From assembly GCA_964291675.2 (NCBI GenBank), contig OZ219866.1, forward strand, positions 2,656,001 through 2,720,000: a stretch of 64,000 nucleotides of DNA, given 5' to 3'. Position 1 is the first letter of the stretch; each line of letters starts with the position of its first letter. Both the position numbers and the translations under genes were made by a program. Under the pieces are notes generated by a model. That model searched no databases and was not told where the DNA came from. It saw only the letters and a program-made list of their open reading frames with translations. The DNA comes from Alphaproteobacteria bacterium. GTDB lineage: Bacteria; Pseudomonadota; Alphaproteobacteria; MPNO01. Shown one piece after another: positions 36,072 through 48,330 of this stretch.

Positions 36072-36863
36072 TCAGTGCGATCGCCCGCGCCAGAACCGGG
36101 TGACGATGAACAGGGCGAGCGCCGCGACCACGATCGAGGGTCCGGACGGCGTATCGAGGCTTGCCGAGGCGAGCAGCCCGCCCGCCACCGCGACGATACC
36201 CGCGGCCGCGGCGCCGGCCGCCATGCCTTCCGGGCTCGCGGCGAAACGGCGGACCGTCGCCGCCGGGATGATCAGCAGGGCGACGATCAGGAGGACGCCT
36301 ACGATCTTGATCGCGCCGGCGATCACCGCCGCCAGCAGGATACCGAATATCAGCCGCGCGCGATCCGGCCGCAGCCCGGCCACCGATGCCAAGTCCGCGC
36401 TGACGGTCGCGGCGAGCAGAGGGCGCCAGATCCAGCGCAGAACCGCCAGGGCGATCGCGCCGCCGACCCAGACCACCGCCAGGTCGATGCGCGACACCGC
36501 GAGGAGGTCGCCGAACAGCAGCGCATGCAGGTTGAGGCGCATGCCGGGAAAGAAGGACAGAATGACCAGGCCGAGGGCGAGCCCGCCATGCGAGAGCAGG
36601 CCGAGCAGGGTGTCGGTCGGCAGAGTGTCGCGCCGTTCGAGATAGAACATCGCCAGCACGACCGCGGCGGCAACGGCGAAAATGCCGACCGCGAGGTTGA
36701 GGTCGATCAGGATGGCGAGGGCGACGCCGAGCAGCGCCGAATGGGCTATCGTCTCGCCGAAATAGGCGAGCCTGCGCCAGACGATGAAACATCCCGTGGG
36801 ACCGGTGACCAGCGCGAGCCCGATTCCGGCGATCAGGGCGCGGGTCAGGAAGTCGTCCAGCAC
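36072..36863 (-). CDS. znuB: Zinc ABC transporter permease ZnuB (copy 1)
   Basis: MLDDFLTRAL, GCFIVWRRLAYFG, LLFGDLLAV, LLIIPAAT, DTPSGPSIV. Confidence 0.9.
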   Translation of the reverse strand: MLDDFLTRALIAGIGLALVTGPTGCFIVWRRLAYFGETIAHSALLGVALAILIDLNLAVGIFAVAAAVVLAMFYLERRDTLPTDTLLGLLSHGGLALGLVILSFFPGMRLNLHALLFGDLLAVSRIDLAVVWVGGAIALAVLRWIWRPLLAATVSADLASVAGLRPDRARLIFGILLAAVIAGAIKIVGVLLIVALLIIPAATVRRFAASPEGMAAGAAAAGIVAVAGGLLASASLDTPSGPSIVVAALALFIVTRFWRGRSH

Positions 36864-36866
36864 GGC

Positions 36867-37502
36867 TCAGCCCGGCTCGTCATGCTCGTGCGGCAGGAGG
36901 ACCACGACATCGTCGCCGATCGCCATCGCTCGCTCCAGATCGTGCGAGATCAGCAGCACCCCGCAGCCGAGATCGGCGCGGATGCCCTCGATCAATTCGT
37001 GCACCACATCGGCGCCGGCGAGGTCGACCCCCTGCGCCGGTTCGTCGAGCACCAGCAGGTCGGGGCGGTGAAGCAGCGCCCGGGCCAGCAGGAGCCTCTG
37101 GAACTCGCCGCCGGACAGGGTGGTGATCGGCGGGTCGCCCAGCCGCTCGAGGCCGACGTCGCGCAGCGCATCGTCGATCTCGCCCGCGGCGAACCCGCCG
37201 GTCAGCGTCATCAGCCGGCGCAGCGTGAGCGGCAGGGTCGCGGTCAATGCCAGACGTTGCGGTACATACCCCACCCCGATCGCGGGCGAGCGCTCGACGG
37301 TCCCCTCGTCGGTTCCGATCAACCCGAGCACGGCCCTCGCGCAGGTCGACTTGCCGGCGCCGTTGGCGCCGATGAGGAACACCAGCTCGCCCCGGCCCAC
37401 CTTGAGGTCGACATGCCGGACGATCCAGCGTTCGCCCCGCCGCACGCCGATGCCTCGGGCCGCGACCAGGGTTCCGGCGTCGCCGCTCCCGGCGTCCGTC
37501 AT
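36867..37502 (-). CDS. znuC: Zinc ABC transporter ATPase ZnuC (copy 1, short C-terminus)
   Basis: GANGAGKST, GYVPQ, LSGGEFQR, LDEPAQGVD, ISHDL. Confidence 0.85.
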   Translation of the reverse strand: MTDAGSGDAGTLVAARGIGVRRGERWIVRHVDLKVGRGELVFLIGANGAGKSTCARAVLGLIGTDEGTVERSPAIGVGYVPQRLALTATLPLTLRRLMTLTGGFAAGEIDDALRDVGLERLGDPPITTLSGGEFQRLLLARALLHRPDLLVLDEPAQGVDLAGADVVHELIEGIRADLGCGVLLISHDLERAMAIGDDVVVLLPHEHDEPG

Positions 37503-37718
37503 GGCCGCTGTCCCGCTGGCGCGGGGATGGCGTCGGGGCGGCAAGTCAGGCGGAAGCCGGTGCGCATTGCATCAGCTGGTTCGCTTGCAGGGAGTGCCAC
37601 CGAGAAACTGCGCGACCGGGCGACACGGCTGGACGCTCACGCATTCGTGAATGTACAAGCTACGACGCCAGACGCAAGGCGATCCGGTCGATAGCAGACA
37701 ATCGTTGGAGCCGGTTCC

Positions 37719-38729
37719 ATGGATTTCGCCGATTCTATGTCATCGTGGACTCGTTCCGGGCTTGCCGCGGCGGCGCTCGCCGGCGGCGCGTTCGCCGGCG
37801 CCTCCGCCGCTTCCGCCGACATTCGGGTGGTCGCCTCGATCAAGCCGGTGCATTCCCTGGTGAGCGCCGTGATGGCCGGGGTCGGCGAGCCCCGCCTGCT
37901 GATGCGGGGCAGGGCCTCGCCGCACACCTTCACCCTGCGTCCGTCGGATGCCGCCGCCTTGGCGGACGCCGATGTCGTTTTCCTGATCGACGGGACGATG
38001 GAGACGTCGCTCGCCCGCTCGGTCGAGGCGCTCGCGGGTAAGGCGCGCGTGGTTGCGCTGGCCGATGCGAAGGGGCTGGTCCGCCTCCCGCTGCGGGAGG
38101 GCGGAGCCTTCGACGCGGATCCCCACCACGACCATGACGAGGACCACGCGAAGGGCAGGTCGCATACGCACGGCGATCGCGACCACGACGATGACCACGC
38201 GCGCGGCGCGTTCGACATGCATGTCTGGCTCGACCCGGTGAACGGCCGGACGATGGCGCGCGCGATCGCCCACGCCCTGTCGCAAGCCGACCCGGTGAAC
38301 GCCGCCAGCTACGAAGCCAACGCGCGGATGCTTCTCCCGAGGCTCGACGCGCTGGCCAAGCAAGTCTCCGCGGAGCTTGCCCCGGTCCGCGGCAAGCCGT
38401 TCGTCGTCTTTCATGACGGCTACCGCTATTTCGAGGATCGCTTCGGCCTCAACGCCGTCGGCTCGGTGGTGGTCAGCCCGGAGCGGTCGCCGGGCGCCAA
38501 GCGACTTCGCCGGCTGCGCGCGAAGATGCGCGAGCTCGACGTCGCCTGCGTGTTCGCCGAACCCCAGTTCAACATGCGAATCGTCGATGTCGTTCTCGAG
38601 GGCAGCAAGATCAGGTCCGGAATCGTCGACCCCCTCGGCGCCGATATCGAGGACGGTCCGGAGCTGTATTTCACGTTGCTGCGCAACATGGCCGCGGCGT
38701 TCAAGGGCTGCCTCGCGCCGGGCGCCTAA
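37719..38729 (+). CDS. znuA: Zinc ABC transporter substrate-binding protein ZnuA
   Basis: VVASIKPVHSL, ASPHTF, His/Asp-rich loop, DMHVWLDP, FHDGYRYFE, CVFAEPQF, C-terminal Cys. Confidence 0.93.
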   Translation: MDFADSMSSWTRSGLAAAALAGGAFAGASAASADIRVVASIKPVHSLVSAVMAGVGEPRLLMRGRASPHTFTLRPSDAAALADADVVFLIDGTMETSLARSVEALAGKARVVALADAKGLVRLPLREGGAFDADPHHDHDEDHAKGRSHTHGDRDHDDDHARGAFDMHVWLDPVNGRTMARAIAHALSQADPVNAASYEANARMLLPRLDALAKQVSAELAPVRGKPFVVFHDGYRYFEDRFGLNAVGSVVVSPERSPGAKRLRRLRAKMRELDVACVFAEPQFNMRIVDVVLEGSKIRSGIVDPLGADIEDGPELYFTLLRNMAAAFKGCLAPGA

Positions 38730-39520
38730 CCTCGCCCCCTGGGCACCGGGACGAGCAGGCTGGCTGCAAATATCGCGCTCGTGACCAGCACGATGGCCGG
38801 TCCGGCCGGAACGTCCCATTGGAGCGAGCCGAACAGCCCGGCGACGACGGAGACGACGCCGATCGCGGTCGCCGCCACCGCCATCCCCTCGGGCGTCGCC
38901 GTCAGGCGGCGCGCGGCCGCCGCCGGAATGATCACCAGCGCCACCACCAGCAGCATGCCGACGATCTTCATCCCCACCGCGATCACCGCGGCGACCAGCA
39001 GCAGGAGCAACATGCGGACCCGCTCCACCGGCACCCCTTCGACCGCTGCGAGATCCCGGTCCACGGCGAGAGAGAGGAGGTTGCGCCACTGCCAGGCGAT
39101 GACGGCGACGACGACGGCGGCGGTCGCGAAGATCAGCCAGAGGTCGGCGGCGCTCACCGCAAGGATGTCGCCGAACAAATATCCCAGCAGATCGACGCGC
39201 AGCCGTTCCATGAACGCAACCGCGACCAGCCCCGCCGCGAAGACGGCATGGGCGAGCACCCCGAGCAGGGCGTCGAGCGACAGGTAGCGCTGGCGTTCCA
39301 GCAGCGTCAGGCACCCCGCCAGCAGGAGACAGACCGCGAAGACCGCCAGGATCGGCTCGATGTCGAGCAGGAAGCCGAGCGCGATGCCCAGCAGCACCGC
39401 ATGCGCGAGCGCCGCCCCGAAATAGGCCATGCGGCGCCACACCACGAAGCAGCCCACCGGCCCGGCGGCCAGCGCCGCACCGATTCCGCCGCCGAGCGCG
39501 CGCAGGAAAAATTCCTCCAT
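38726..39520 (-). CDS. znuB: Zinc ABC transporter permease ZnuB (copy 2)
   Basis: MEEFFLRAL, GCFVVWRRMAYFG, YLFGDILAV, IIPAAAAR, PAGPAIV. Confidence 0.9.
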   Translation of the reverse strand: MEEFFLRALGGGIGAALAAGPVGCFVVWRRMAYFGAALAHAVLLGIALGFLLDIEPILAVFAVCLLLAGCLTLLERQRYLSLDALLGVLAHAVFAAGLVAVAFMERLRVDLLGYLFGDILAVSAADLWLIFATAAVVVAVIAWQWRNLLSLAVDRDLAAVEGVPVERVRMLLLLLVAAVIAVGMKIVGMLLVVALVIIPAAAARRLTATPEGMAVAATAIGVVSVVAGLFGSLQWDVPAGPAIVLVTSAIFAASLLVPVPRGRG

Positions 39521-40320
39521 CAGGAGCGGCCGGCGGGAGGTGCCGATTCCTCCGGCGCGCCCGGTTCCATGGACCGGGGCTCGCCCAGCGCGTCGTGGCG
39601 GTGATCGTGCATGTGGCGGTAGACCGCCAGCGTGTCCGACAGATGCGGGCCGTAGAGCGAGATGAACTCCGGGTCGCGCAGCACCGCCTGGGGATGGCCG
39701 GTGCAGCAGACATGCCCGTTGAGGCACACCACCGTGTCGGTGGCGGCCATGACCAGATGCAGGTCGTGCGAGACCAGCAGAACGCCGCAGCCGTAGCGGT
39801 CCCGGATCGCCGCGATCATCCGGTATAGCTCGCTCTGGCTGGTCAGGTCGACGCCTGCCAGCGGCTCGTCGAGCACGAGCAGCCCCGGCTCGCGCAGCAG
39901 CGCCCGGGCCAGCAGGACGCGCTGCATCTCCCCGCCCGAAAGTTCGGCCAGCGGGTCGTCGATGACCCCGCCCGCACCGACCTCTTCGAGCATCGCATCG
40001 AGCTTCCGCTGCGGCGCCGGCGCGCCCAGTGTGAGGAAACGCCGCACCGTCATCGGCATGATCGGATCGCGCTGAACCTGTTGCGGGGTGTAGCCGATGC
40101 GCAACCCCGGCGCGCGGATCACCGCTCCCGAATCCGGCCGGATTATGCCCAGGATCGCGCGGACCAGGGTCGATTTGCCCGCGCCGTTGAGCCCGACCAG
40201 GGTGACGATCTCGCTGGCATGGACGGCAAGGTCGACCCGGTCCAGAACCGTCCGCCGCCCGAAGCGGAGGCTCACGTCCCGCGCGGCCACCAGCGGCGAG
40301 GCGGGCGATGCGGAAACCAT
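39520..40320 (-). CDS. znuC: Zinc ABC transporter ATPase ZnuC (copy 2, full length)
   Basis: GLNGAGKST, LSGGEMQR, VSHDLHLVM, CLNGHVCCTGHP, YRHMHDHRHD. Confidence 0.92.
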   Translation of the reverse strand: MVSASPASPLVAARDVSLRFGRRTVLDRVDLAVHASEIVTLVGLNGAGKSTLVRAILGIIRPDSGAVIRAPGLRIGYTPQQVQRDPIMPMTVRRFLTLGAPAPQRKLDAMLEEVGAGGVIDDPLAELSGGEMQRVLLARALLREPGLLVLDEPLAGVDLTSQSELYRMIAAIRDRYGCGVLLVSHDLHLVMAATDTVVCLNGHVCCTGHPQAVLRDPEFISLYGPHLSDTLAVYRHMHDHRHDALGEPRSMEPGAPEESAPPAGRS

Positions 40321-40364
40321 GGGCGGACCCTAGCAGCACGCGGTGCAGCGCGCCACGCCCGGCG

Positions 40365-42971
40365 TCAGGCGGCGATCGACCTCCGCGCCGGGCCCGCGTC
40401 GAAGGCCAGCCCGTCCTCGCCCCGGGCGACGCGCACCGTCTCGCCGTCCTTGACCCCGCCTTCGAGGATCAGGGTGGCGAGCGGGTTCTGCAGGCTGCGC
40501 TGGATGACCCGCTTGAGCGGACGCGCGCCGTAGGCGGGGTCGTAACCCTGTTCGGCGAGCCAGGTCTTGGCGTCGTCGGCCACCGCGAGCGCGATCTTGC
40601 GGTCCTCCAGCAGCCCGGCGAGCCGGGCGAGCTGGATGTCGACGATCGCCTTCATGTGGTCGCGCCGGAGCCGCTGGAAGACCAGCATCTCGTCCAGCCG
40701 GTTGAGGAATTCGGGCCGGAAGGCGGCGCGTACGATCGCCATCACCGCCTCGCGCGAAGCCGCCGCGTCCTCGTCGTCGGCCTGCGCGGCCAGCATCTCG
40801 CCGCCCAGGTTCGATGTGAGCACGATCAGCGTGTTGCGGAAATCCACCTGCCGTCCGTGTCCGTCGGTCAATCGCCCCTCGTCGAGCACCTGGAGGAGGA
40901 TGTTGAACACGTCGGAATGGGCTTTCTCGATCTCGTCGAACAGCACCACCTGGTAGGGCCGCCGGCGCACCGCCTCGGTCAGCGACCCGCCTTCCTCGTA
41001 GCCGACATAGCCCGGCGGCGCGCCGATCAGCCGGGCGACCGAGTGCTTCTCCATGAACTCCGACATGTCGATGCGGATCATCGCCGCCTCGTCGTCGAAC
41101 AGGAACGCCGCCAGCGCCTTGGTGAGCTCGGTCTTGCCGACCCCGGTGGGGCCCAGGAACATGAACGAGCCGAGCGGGCGGTTGGGGTCCTGCAACCCGG
41201 CGCGGGCGCGGCGGACGGCGTTGGCGATCGCAGCCACCGCGTCCTCCTGGCCGACCACGCGGCGGGTGAGCGTCTCCTCCATCGCCATCAGCCGGTCGCG
41301 CTCGCCCTCCAGCATCTTGTCGACGGGAATGCCGGTCCAGCGCGACACCACGGCGGCGATGTCGCCGTCGGTGACCTCCTCCTTGAGCATCCGCCGGCCG
41401 CCGCTCTCCGCTCCCGCCCCGGCCTCGGCGAGGTCGCGCTCCAGCTCGGGGATCAGCCCGTAGGCGAGCTCGCCGGCGCGCGCGAGGTCGCCTGCCCGCT
41501 GCGCCGATTCGAGCTCCGACCGGGCCTGGTCCAGCCGTTCCTTGAGCTTCTGGCTTTGCGCGATCTTGTCCTTCTCGCGGGTCCACAGGGCGGTCAGCCC
41601 GGTCGCCTGTTCCTCCAGCTCGGCGAGCTCGCGTTCCAGCGTCGCCAGCCGCTCGCGCGCCGCCTCGTCGTTCTCCTTGCCCAGCGCCTCGCGCTCGATC
41701 TTGAGCTGGATGATGCGGCGGTCCAGTTCGTCGATCTCCTCGGGCTTGGAATCGACCGTCATCCTGAGGCGGGACGAGGCCTCGTCCACCAGGTCGATCG
41801 CCTTGTCGGGGAGAAACCGTTCGGTGATGTAGCGGTTGGCGAGCGTCGCCGCGGCGACGATGGCGCCGTCGGTGATCCGGATGCCGTGGTGAAGCTCGTA
41901 TTTCTCCTTGAGCCCGCGCAGGATCGAGATCGTGTCGGCGACCGTGGGCTCGGTGACGAAGACCGACTGGAAGCGCCTGGCGAGCGCCGCGTCCTTCTCG
42001 ATGCGCTTGCGGTGCTCGTCCAGCGTGGTCGCGCCGATACAGTGCAGCTCGCCGCGTGCCAGCATCGGCTTGAGCATGTTCGACGCGTCCATCGCCCCCT
42101 CCGCCGCCCCCGCGCCGACCAGGGTGTGGAGTTCGTCGATAAAGACGACGATATCGCCTTGCGCCGCCCTGATCTCCTCGATCACCGCCTTCAGGCGCTC
42201 CTCGAACTCGCCGCGATACTTGGCGCCGGCCACCATGGCGCCCAGGTCGAGCGCCATCAGCCGCTTGTCGCGCAGCGGTTCCGGGACGTCGCCGTTGACG
42301 ATCCGCTGGGCGAGGCCCTCGACGATCGCCGTCTTGCCGACCCCGGGCTCGCCGATCAGCACCGGGTTGTTCTTGGTGCGCCGCGCCAGCACCTGGATGG
42401 TGCGGCGGATCTCCTCGTCGCGCCCGATTACCGGGTCGAGCCTGCCCGACTCCGCCTGTTCGGTGAGGTCGGTCGCGTAGCGCTTGAGCGCGTCATAGGC
42501 CTGTTCCGCGGTGGCGCTGTCCGCGGTCCGGCCCTTGCGGAGCTGCTCGATCGCCGCGTTGAGCGATTGCGGCGTCACGCCGCTTGCGCGCAGGGCATCC
42601 GCCGCTTCCGTGCCGTTCGCGAGCGCGGCGCCGAGCAGCAGGCGCTCGACGGTGACATAGCTGTCTCCGGCCTTGTCCGCGGCCTCCTGCGCCGCCGAGA
42701 TGAGACGCGACGCCTCGGCCGTCATGTAGAGTTGGCCGTCTCCGCCCTCGACTCTGGGAAGCTTGTCCAGCGACGCCTCGGTGCGCGCGAACGCCTGCCC
42801 GGGATCGCCGCCGGCGGCCTGGATCAGCCCCGCGCACAGCCCCTCCCGGTCTTCCAGCAGGATCTTGAGAATATGTTCGGCTGTGAGGCGCTGGTGGCGG
42901 CGGGCGGCGGCCTGGGCCTGGGCCGCTTGCACGACGCCGCGCGCCCGTTCGGTGAAACGGTCGAAATCCAT
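40365..42971 (-). CDS. clpB: ATP-dependent chaperone ClpB
   Basis: [21 protein letters not shown], coiled-coil middle domain, [15 protein letters not shown]. Confidence 0.97.
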   Translation of the reverse strand: MDFDRFTERARGVVQAAQAQAAARRHQRLTAEHILKILLEDREGLCAGLIQAAGGDPGQAFARTEASLDKLPRVEGGDGQLYMTAEASRLISAAQEAADKAGDSYVTVERLLLGAALANGTEAADALRASGVTPQSLNAAIEQLRKGRTADSATAEQAYDALKRYATDLTEQAESGRLDPVIGRDEEIRRTIQVLARRTKNNPVLIGEPGVGKTAIVEGLAQRIVNGDVPEPLRDKRLMALDLGAMVAGAKYRGEFEERLKAVIEEIRAAQGDIVVFIDELHTLVGAGAAEGAMDASNMLKPMLARGELHCIGATTLDEHRKRIEKDAALARRFQSVFVTEPTVADTISILRGLKEKYELHHGIRITDGAIVAAATLANRYITERFLPDKAIDLVDEASSRLRMTVDSKPEEIDELDRRIIQLKIEREALGKENDEAARERLATLERELAELEEQATGLTALWTREKDKIAQSQKLKERLDQARSELESAQRAGDLARAGELAYGLIPELERDLAEAGAGAESGGRRMLKEEVTDGDIAAVVSRWTGIPVDKMLEGERDRLMAMEETLTRRVVGQEDAVAAIANAVRRARAGLQDPNRPLGSFMFLGPTGVGKTELTKALAAFLFDDEAAMIRIDMSEFMEKHSVARLIGAPPGYVGYEEGGSLTEAVRRRPYQVVLFDEIEKAHSDVFNILLQVLDEGRLTDGHGRQVDFRNTLIVLTSNLGGEMLAAQADDEDAAASREAVMAIVRAAFRPEFLNRLDEMLVFQRLRRDHMKAIVDIQLARLAGLLEDRKIALAVADDAKTWLAEQGYDPAYGARPLKRVIQRSLQNPLATLILEGGVKDGETVRVARGEDGLAFDAGPARRSIAA

Positions 42972-43125
42972 CGGCTGCAACTCCGGTTACAGACATTGCA
43001 TGTTGCGCCCCCTGCGACAGGCGGGCATGCCGGCGGACCCCTCGGGCGTCCGCTCGACAATCTCTATATGGAAACGCCGCTCAGGCCCTGCAAGGCCTGC
43101 GATGCCGGGGAAATGCGGCCGCGGG

Positions 43126-43569
43126 CTACTCCCGGGACTGCGGCTCCTGGGGCGGGGCTTCCGGCGAGGCCTGCGCCGACAGGCCGTTCTGCGGCGGCTG
43201 CTCGGCGTCCGTCGCGCTGCCGTTGGACGCCTCGGCGGCCTGCTGGCGCGGCGCGGCGCCGTTGCTGTCGGCCCTGGCTTCGAGCTGGGGGTTCTGGCGC
43301 TGCCCCTGGGCGTTGCGGTCCTCGCCGCCGCCATTGGCCGTCATCACCCGGTAATAGTGCTCCGCGTGCTGAAAATAGCTTTCCGCCGTGATCCGGTCGC
43401 CGACGGAAGACGCATCCCGCGCCAGCGCCAGATATTTCTCTACCACTTGCTGGGCGTTACCCCGAACCTTCACCTCGGGACCGTTGCTCTCGAAGGTCTG
43501 TGACCGGGGATGCGAATTCTTGCGTCCTGTGCGGCCGCGCAAACGCTTCGGATTGGATCCTTGTCTCAT
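43126..43569 (-). CDS. DUF4167 domain protein
   Basis: FESNGPEVKVRGNAQQVVEKYLALARDA...AESYFQHAEHYYR; usual position between prmC and clpB. Confidence 0.9.
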   Translation of the reverse strand: MRQGSNPKRLRGRTGRKNSHPRSQTFESNGPEVKVRGNAQQVVEKYLALARDASSVGDRITAESYFQHAEHYYRVMTANGGGEDRNAQGQRQNPQLEARADSNGAAPRQQAAEASNGSATDAEQPPQNGLSAQASPEAPPQEPQSRE

Positions 43570-43785
43570 GGGTCCCACTTCTCTGTTCGGGCGAGTGTCT
43601 TTCCCTCAGCTTTCCACCCTGTCGCACCTCAAGGGAGCGGCGTCTCTCGACTTGGGCGGCGTGCTGTGGGGGTGCGCCTAGTTGCGGCCTGCAGTCTCGA
43701 GCCTTCGGCTTGCTGCTGTGCCCGTTGTTCAGGCTAGACCGCGAGCCCCGTCATTCCAACTATTATCTTGTCGACCCCATGTCGA

Positions 43786-44636
43786 TCAACCCCGGCATGC
43801 GAAGCCAAGGCAGCGCATGGTGCCCGCGAGATCGGCCTCGCGGGCGAATCGCTCGAGTCCGACTTCCGCCATGATCGCCTCGACGGCGCTTTCCTGGCCG
43901 GCGCCGATCTCGACAAAGGCGGCGCCGGGGGGCGCCAGGCGCCTTGCGATCGCCGGAGCCATCCGGCGGTAGGCGTCGAGCCCGTCGGCGCCGCCGTCGA
44001 GCGCCGTCCTCGGCTCCCAGCGCGCGATTTCGGGTTCCAGCCGGTCTATCGCGGCGCCCGGAATATAGGGCGGGTTGCCGAGGACCAGGTCGAACCTGCC
44101 CTCGACGCCCGAGTCCCAGTCGGCACGGCGAAACGACGCGCGCCCCGAAAGACCGAGCGCGGCGGCGTTGCGCGCCGCCGTGGCGACCGCCCCCGCCACG
44201 ATGTCGGTGCCCACGCCCGCCGCGTGCGGCAGTTCGCTGAGCAGCGCGAGAAGCAGGCATCCGGTGCCGGTCCCGAGATCGAGCGCGCGGATCCGCCCCG
44301 ACCGGCCGGCGCGCCAGCGAAGCGCTGCGGCGACCACCGTCTCGCTGTCCGGCCGCGGGTCGAGCGTATCTTCGGAGACCGCGAATTCCAGGCTCCAGAA
44401 CTCTCGCTTCCCGAGGATGCGCGACACCGGTTCTCGCTCGGTGCGGCGGGCGATCAAGGCATCGAACCGTTGCGCCCGTTCGGCCGCGACCGGTGCTCCG
44501 GGCGCGCGGACCAGGGCTTCGGCGGGTTGGCCGAGGGCGGCCTGAAGCAACACCCGGGCCTCGCCGCGCGGCCCTTCGATGCCGGCGTTTCCAAGCCTCT
44601 GCCCGGCCTCCCGCAGCAGCGCTTCGACGGTCCGGC

Positions 44637-44640
<4 letters not shown>
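43786..44640 (-). CDS. prmC: Release factor glutamine methyltransferase
   Basis: [37 protein letters not shown]. Confidence 0.95.
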
Positions 44641-45707
<1,067 letters not shown>

Positions 45708-45729
45708 CTGCACGGGCGGCCCCGCCGGT

Positions 45730-46974
45730 TCACGAGAGTCCGGCCAGAAGGTCGGCGAGGTGGGCGAGCGGAACTTCGTCCTGGGCGCCGCTGTCAAGGT
45801 CCCTCACCGTTGCCATGTCCCGGGCGAGCTCGTCCTCGCCGAGAATGACCGCCGCGCGCGCATTGACGCGATCGGCCCGGCTCAACCGGCGGCTCAGATT
45901 GCCGCGATAACCGAGCTCGATGGCGAACCCGGCGCGACGCAGCCGGTTGGCGAGGACCAGGGTTTCGGTCTCCGCCCTCGGACCCACCGGGATCAGCGCG
46001 ATCGGCCGTGGCGGCGGTTCCGGCGCGCCGGCCAGCATCGACAGCCGCTCGATACCGCCGGCCCAGCCGACTCCCGGGGTCTCCGGCCCGCCCATCTGGC
46101 CGATCAGCCCGTCATAGCGCCCGCCGGCGATGACCGCGCCCTGCGCGCCGAGCGCGTCGGTGGTGAATTCGAACGCCGTGTGGCAGTAGTAATCGAGCCC
46201 GCGAACCAGGCGGGGGTTGACCGCGTAGGCGATCCCGAGCCGGTCGAGCCCGTCACGGACGGATGCGAAGAAATCGGCCGATTCCGCATCCAGGCTGTCG
46301 CCCAGCGCCGGGGCTCCGGCGATGGCGGCACGGTCGCCCGGGTTCTTGGAATCGAGGATTCGCAACGGGTTGCGCGCCAGGCGCTCGAGGCTGTCGCGCG
46401 ACAAATCGTCGCGCCGCGCCTCGAAATAGTCGACCAGCAACTCGCGGTAGGCCGCCCGGCTCCGCGCGTTGCCGAGCGTGTTGAGCTCAAGCGTCACCTG
46501 CCCGGCAACGCCGAGCGCGTCCAGCGTCGCCGCCCCCAGGGCCATCGCCTCGATGTCGCCGAGCGGCTCCGCGACCCCCAGCAATTCGATGCCGATCTGG
46601 TGAAACTGGCGCAGCCGGCCCTTCTGCGGGCGCTCGTAGCGGAACATCGGGCCGGCATAGAAGTACTTGAGCGGCATGTGCTGGGCGAGCCCGCCCGAGA
46701 TGACGGCGCGCGCGACTCCCGCGGTGCCCTCGGGGCGCAAGGTGATTTCCGCGCCGCTTCGGTCGGCGAAGGTGTACATCTCCTTGGTCACGATGTCGGA
46801 CGTGTCGCCCAGCGTACGCTTGAAGACCTCGGAGAACTCGAAGATCGGCGTCGCCATCTCGTGATAGCCGTAGCGCTCCGCCACCGAGCGGGCGGCATCC
46901 GCCACGCGCCGGAAGGCGCGCGCCTGATCGGGAAGCAGGTCGTGGGTCCCGCGGACCGGCTGCAGCCTGGCCAT
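45730..46974 (-). CDS. hisS: Histidine--tRNA ligase
   Basis: [44 protein letters not shown]. Confidence 0.97.
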   Translation of the reverse strand: MARLQPVRGTHDLLPDQARAFRRVADAARSVAERYGYHEMATPIFEFSEVFKRTLGDTSDIVTKEMYTFADRSGAEITLRPEGTAGVARAVISGGLAQHMPLKYFYAGPMFRYERPQKGRLRQFHQIGIELLGVAEPLGDIEAMALGAATLDALGVAGQVTLELNTLGNARSRAAYRELLVDYFEARRDDLSRDSLERLARNPLRILDSKNPGDRAAIAGAPALGDSLDAESADFFASVRDGLDRLGIAYAVNPRLVRGLDYYCHTAFEFTTDALGAQGAVIAGGRYDGLIGQMGGPETPGVGWAGGIERLSMLAGAPEPPPRPIALIPVGPRAETETLVLANRLRRAGFAIELGYRGNLSRRLSRADRVNARAAVILGEDELARDMATVRDLDSGAQDEVPLAHLADLLAGLS

Positions 46975-47051
46975 GGCGACGTTTGCTCGCGCTCTTGAAC
47001 CGGCGCCTTATAGCGCAGATCGGCAAGCGGCAGAAAGCGCGCCGACCGCCC

Positions 47052-48164
47052 CTACCGTCGCAGGCCGTCCAGCGCAATATCGCGCATCACCGCCCCCGGC
47101 GGGCCGAGCGGCGGCATCGCCTTTCCGTCGACCAGCACCTCCAGGCCGCCGGCATTTCCGGTGATCAGCGTCAGACCCTGCTGCTGCGGTACGGCGTATC
47201 TCTGACCCTCGCGCAGCAGGCCCGAATAGAGCGGCGGCGCGTTGCCCGACCGGATTTCGATCCAGCTATCTGTCACCGCGCGCAGTACGAGGCCGGGAAG
47301 GGCGGCGGCCTCCGCGCCCGCCGGTCCCGGACCGTCATGGGCCTCGGCGTCGGGCGGAGGGGGAGGCGAGGGCAGGGAGGCCGTCTCCGTCTCCGCCCGG
47401 CTCTCCGATTCCGCCTGTGCCGGCTCCGGCGCGGCGGGGTTGTCGGATCCCACAGGCTCGGCCGGGGAGATCGGCTGCGGGTCCTGTTCCGCGGTTACGG
47501 CTCCGTCGTCCGAGAACGCGGCCCGGAGCTCCGGCTCCGGCTCCAGCTCCGGCGCCGAGGGCTCTCGTATCGCCACGACGGTCGCTTCGGCCTCGATGCC
47601 GCTGGAGGTGTCGCCGGCGCGGGCGCTCGATTGGGGCGTCGGCGGCGGCTCTTCCCTGGCTGGACCGGCGGGCGACGGGTCGCCGCCTCCCGCATCGGGC
47701 TCCTCGTCGAGCAAGCTGGCGAACCGGTCCGGCAGTGCCGCGACCCGTTCCATGGGATCGCCCTCGGTATTCGCCATGAAGTACCAGACCCCGTAGACCA
47801 CGATCGCGAGCAGAGCCGCCAGCAGCAGAACCGACCGGGTGGGGAGATGCCCTTCGTCGATGGGGGAAAACACCTGCAGCTCGCTGCGGTCTGCGGTGCC
47901 CGCGCGGTTGGCGCGCAGGCGTTCCGCCAGCTCCGCCCCGTCGAGACCGAGATAGTTCGCGTAGGCCCGCAGGAACCCGGTCTGGTAGGCGAGGCCCGGA
48001 AGATCTTCGAAGCGCCCCGCCTCGATCGCCTCGATATAGACCTGTCGAATGCGCAGGTCGCGCGCGACATGAGCCACGTCGCGTCCGAGGACGATCCTCG
48101 CTTCGCGCAGACTCGCGCCGACCTCGGCCGGCTCGAAATCCAGCGAAATCTCCTCACCGAACAT
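47052..48164 (-). CDS. rodZ: RodZ-like protein (HTH, TM, Pro/Glu-rich linker, DUF4115)
   Basis: VGASLREAR...YIEAIE...LPG..Y..GFLRAYANYLGL; TM; DSWIEI...GNAGGL. Confidence 0.85.
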   Translation of the reverse strand: MFGEEISLDFEPAEVGASLREARIVLGRDVAHVARDLRIRQVYIEAIEAGRFEDLPGLAYQTGFLRAYANYLGLDGAELAERLRANRAGTADRSELQVFSPIDEGHLPTRSVLLLAALLAIVVYGVWYFMANTEGDPMERVAALPDRFASLLDEEPDAGGGDPSPAGPAREEPPPTPQSSARAGDTSSGIEAEATVVAIREPSAPELEPEPELRAAFSDDGAVTAEQDPQPISPAEPVGSDNPAAPEPAQAESESRAETETASLPSPPPPPDAEAHDGPGPAGAEAAALPGLVLRAVTDSWIEIRSGNAPPLYSGLLREGQRYAVPQQQGLTLITGNAGGLEVLVDGKAMPPLGPPGAVMRDIALDGLRR

Positions 48165-48330
48165 TTCGCGGCGGGCTCTGGCGATGGGTCCACCTCCACG
48201 CATGGCGTCGACGCCGCCCGCCAGGCCGCGAAGTTCATCCCCAATGCGGTCCCCTGCGGAAACGGCATCTCAGTATAACGGGACTAGGCCACGTTGAAAG
48301 ACATGGTTTCCGCTCACCGGCGGGTGGCCT

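Noticed and set aside
37503-37718. Zur box between znuC1 and znuA
   Set aside because: No convincing TGTTATA-N-TATAACA-like palindrome was seen by eye.
43570-43785. Possible ncRNA in the long leader of the DUF4167 gene
   Set aside because: No recognisable RNA family or strong structure by eye; cannot be supported without a covariance search.
47515-47560. Short tandem repeat (GCTCCG)n
   Set aside because: It encodes the PELEPEPEL low-complexity linker of RodZ; not an independent element.
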